From: Dehalococcoidia bacterium
Lineage (GTDB): Bacteria; Chloroflexota; Dehalococcoidia; GIF9; AB-539-J10
DNA: 38,208 bases
Direction of reading: 5' to 3'
Assembly: GCA_004375885.1 (NCBI GenBank)
Contig: SOJG01000099.1
Span: 1 to 38,208, forward strand
How positions within the stretch are numbered: the first letter of the stretch is position 1; each line of letters opens with the position of its first letter. The translations under genes and the position numbers were made by a program. Shown one piece after another: positions 38,092 to 38,208 of the stretch. Under the pieces are notes generated by a model. That model had not been told where the DNA came from. It did not search any database and saw nothing but the letters and a program-made list of their open reading frames with translations.

Positions 38092-38208
38092 CTAAGGCTC
38101 GAACAGTGCGTCATCAAGGCCCGGGTCTACCTCTATATCGTAGATCCTGAATGAGTACCCGAAATCCGGATCCGTATAAGTCCAATCTCCCTCCCTCCAT
38201 TCATATAG
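38092..38208 (-). CDS. 3' end of a gene running off the window (possibly a LolA-fold/lipoprotein-sorting-like protein)
   Basis: 38 open codons from the window edge, ...EWREGDWTYTDPDFGYSFRIYDIEVDPGLDDALFEP*, ending at a TAG at 38092. The terminal ...LDDALFEP resembles the C-termini of LolA-like domains. The fragment is short, so the call is weak. Confidence 0.35.
   Translation of the reverse strand, partial: LYEWREGDWTYTDPDFGYSFRIYDIEVDPGLDDALFEP

Overview
This window looks like an ordinary, gene-dense bacterial chromosomal segment of housekeeping and central-metabolism genes. GC is moderate, many genes have strong GGAGG-type Shine-Dalgarno sites, and GTG/TTG starts and short stop/start overlaps are common. 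I cannot assign a taxon from the sequence alone.

Genes recognised, in order:
- a lipoprotein-like HExxH metallopeptidase and PolX
- a hypB-hypA-(Fe-S protein) operon
- a crotonase and a nitronate monooxygenase/FabK-like enzyme, then one unknown protein
- valS, a frameshifted HicB-like remnant, coaX-coaBC and a Mut7-C RNase-domain protein
- etfBA, a GNAT acetyltransferase and a stand-alone EF-G family GTPase
- gatC-plsY-gatA
- a five-gene leucine/isovalerate (liu-type) catabolic cluster: acyl-CoA dehydrogenase, acetoacetyl-CoA synthetase, HMG-CoA lyase, methylglutaconyl-CoA hydratase and the carboxyltransferase beta subunit
- a decayed transposase remnant next to tRNA-Pro(CGG)
- a TPR/acidic-tail protein translationally coupled to gyrA
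- a MarC-family membrane protein and an hsp20-lon pair

I saw no CRISPR array, rRNA, intact mobile element, or obvious multi-gene defence or toxin system.

The observations most worth a second look:
1. An in-frame extension of about 100 residues on CoaBC with an AbrB/B3-like sequence pattern.
2. The unknown TPR protein overlapping the gyrA start.
3. Several promoters placed so close to the ATG that leaderless mRNAs are implied.
4. The decayed mobile-element island beside tRNA-Pro.
5. The orphan hypBA plus Fe-S gene trio.

All functional calls rest on motifs read directly from the translated ORFs; no database search was run.
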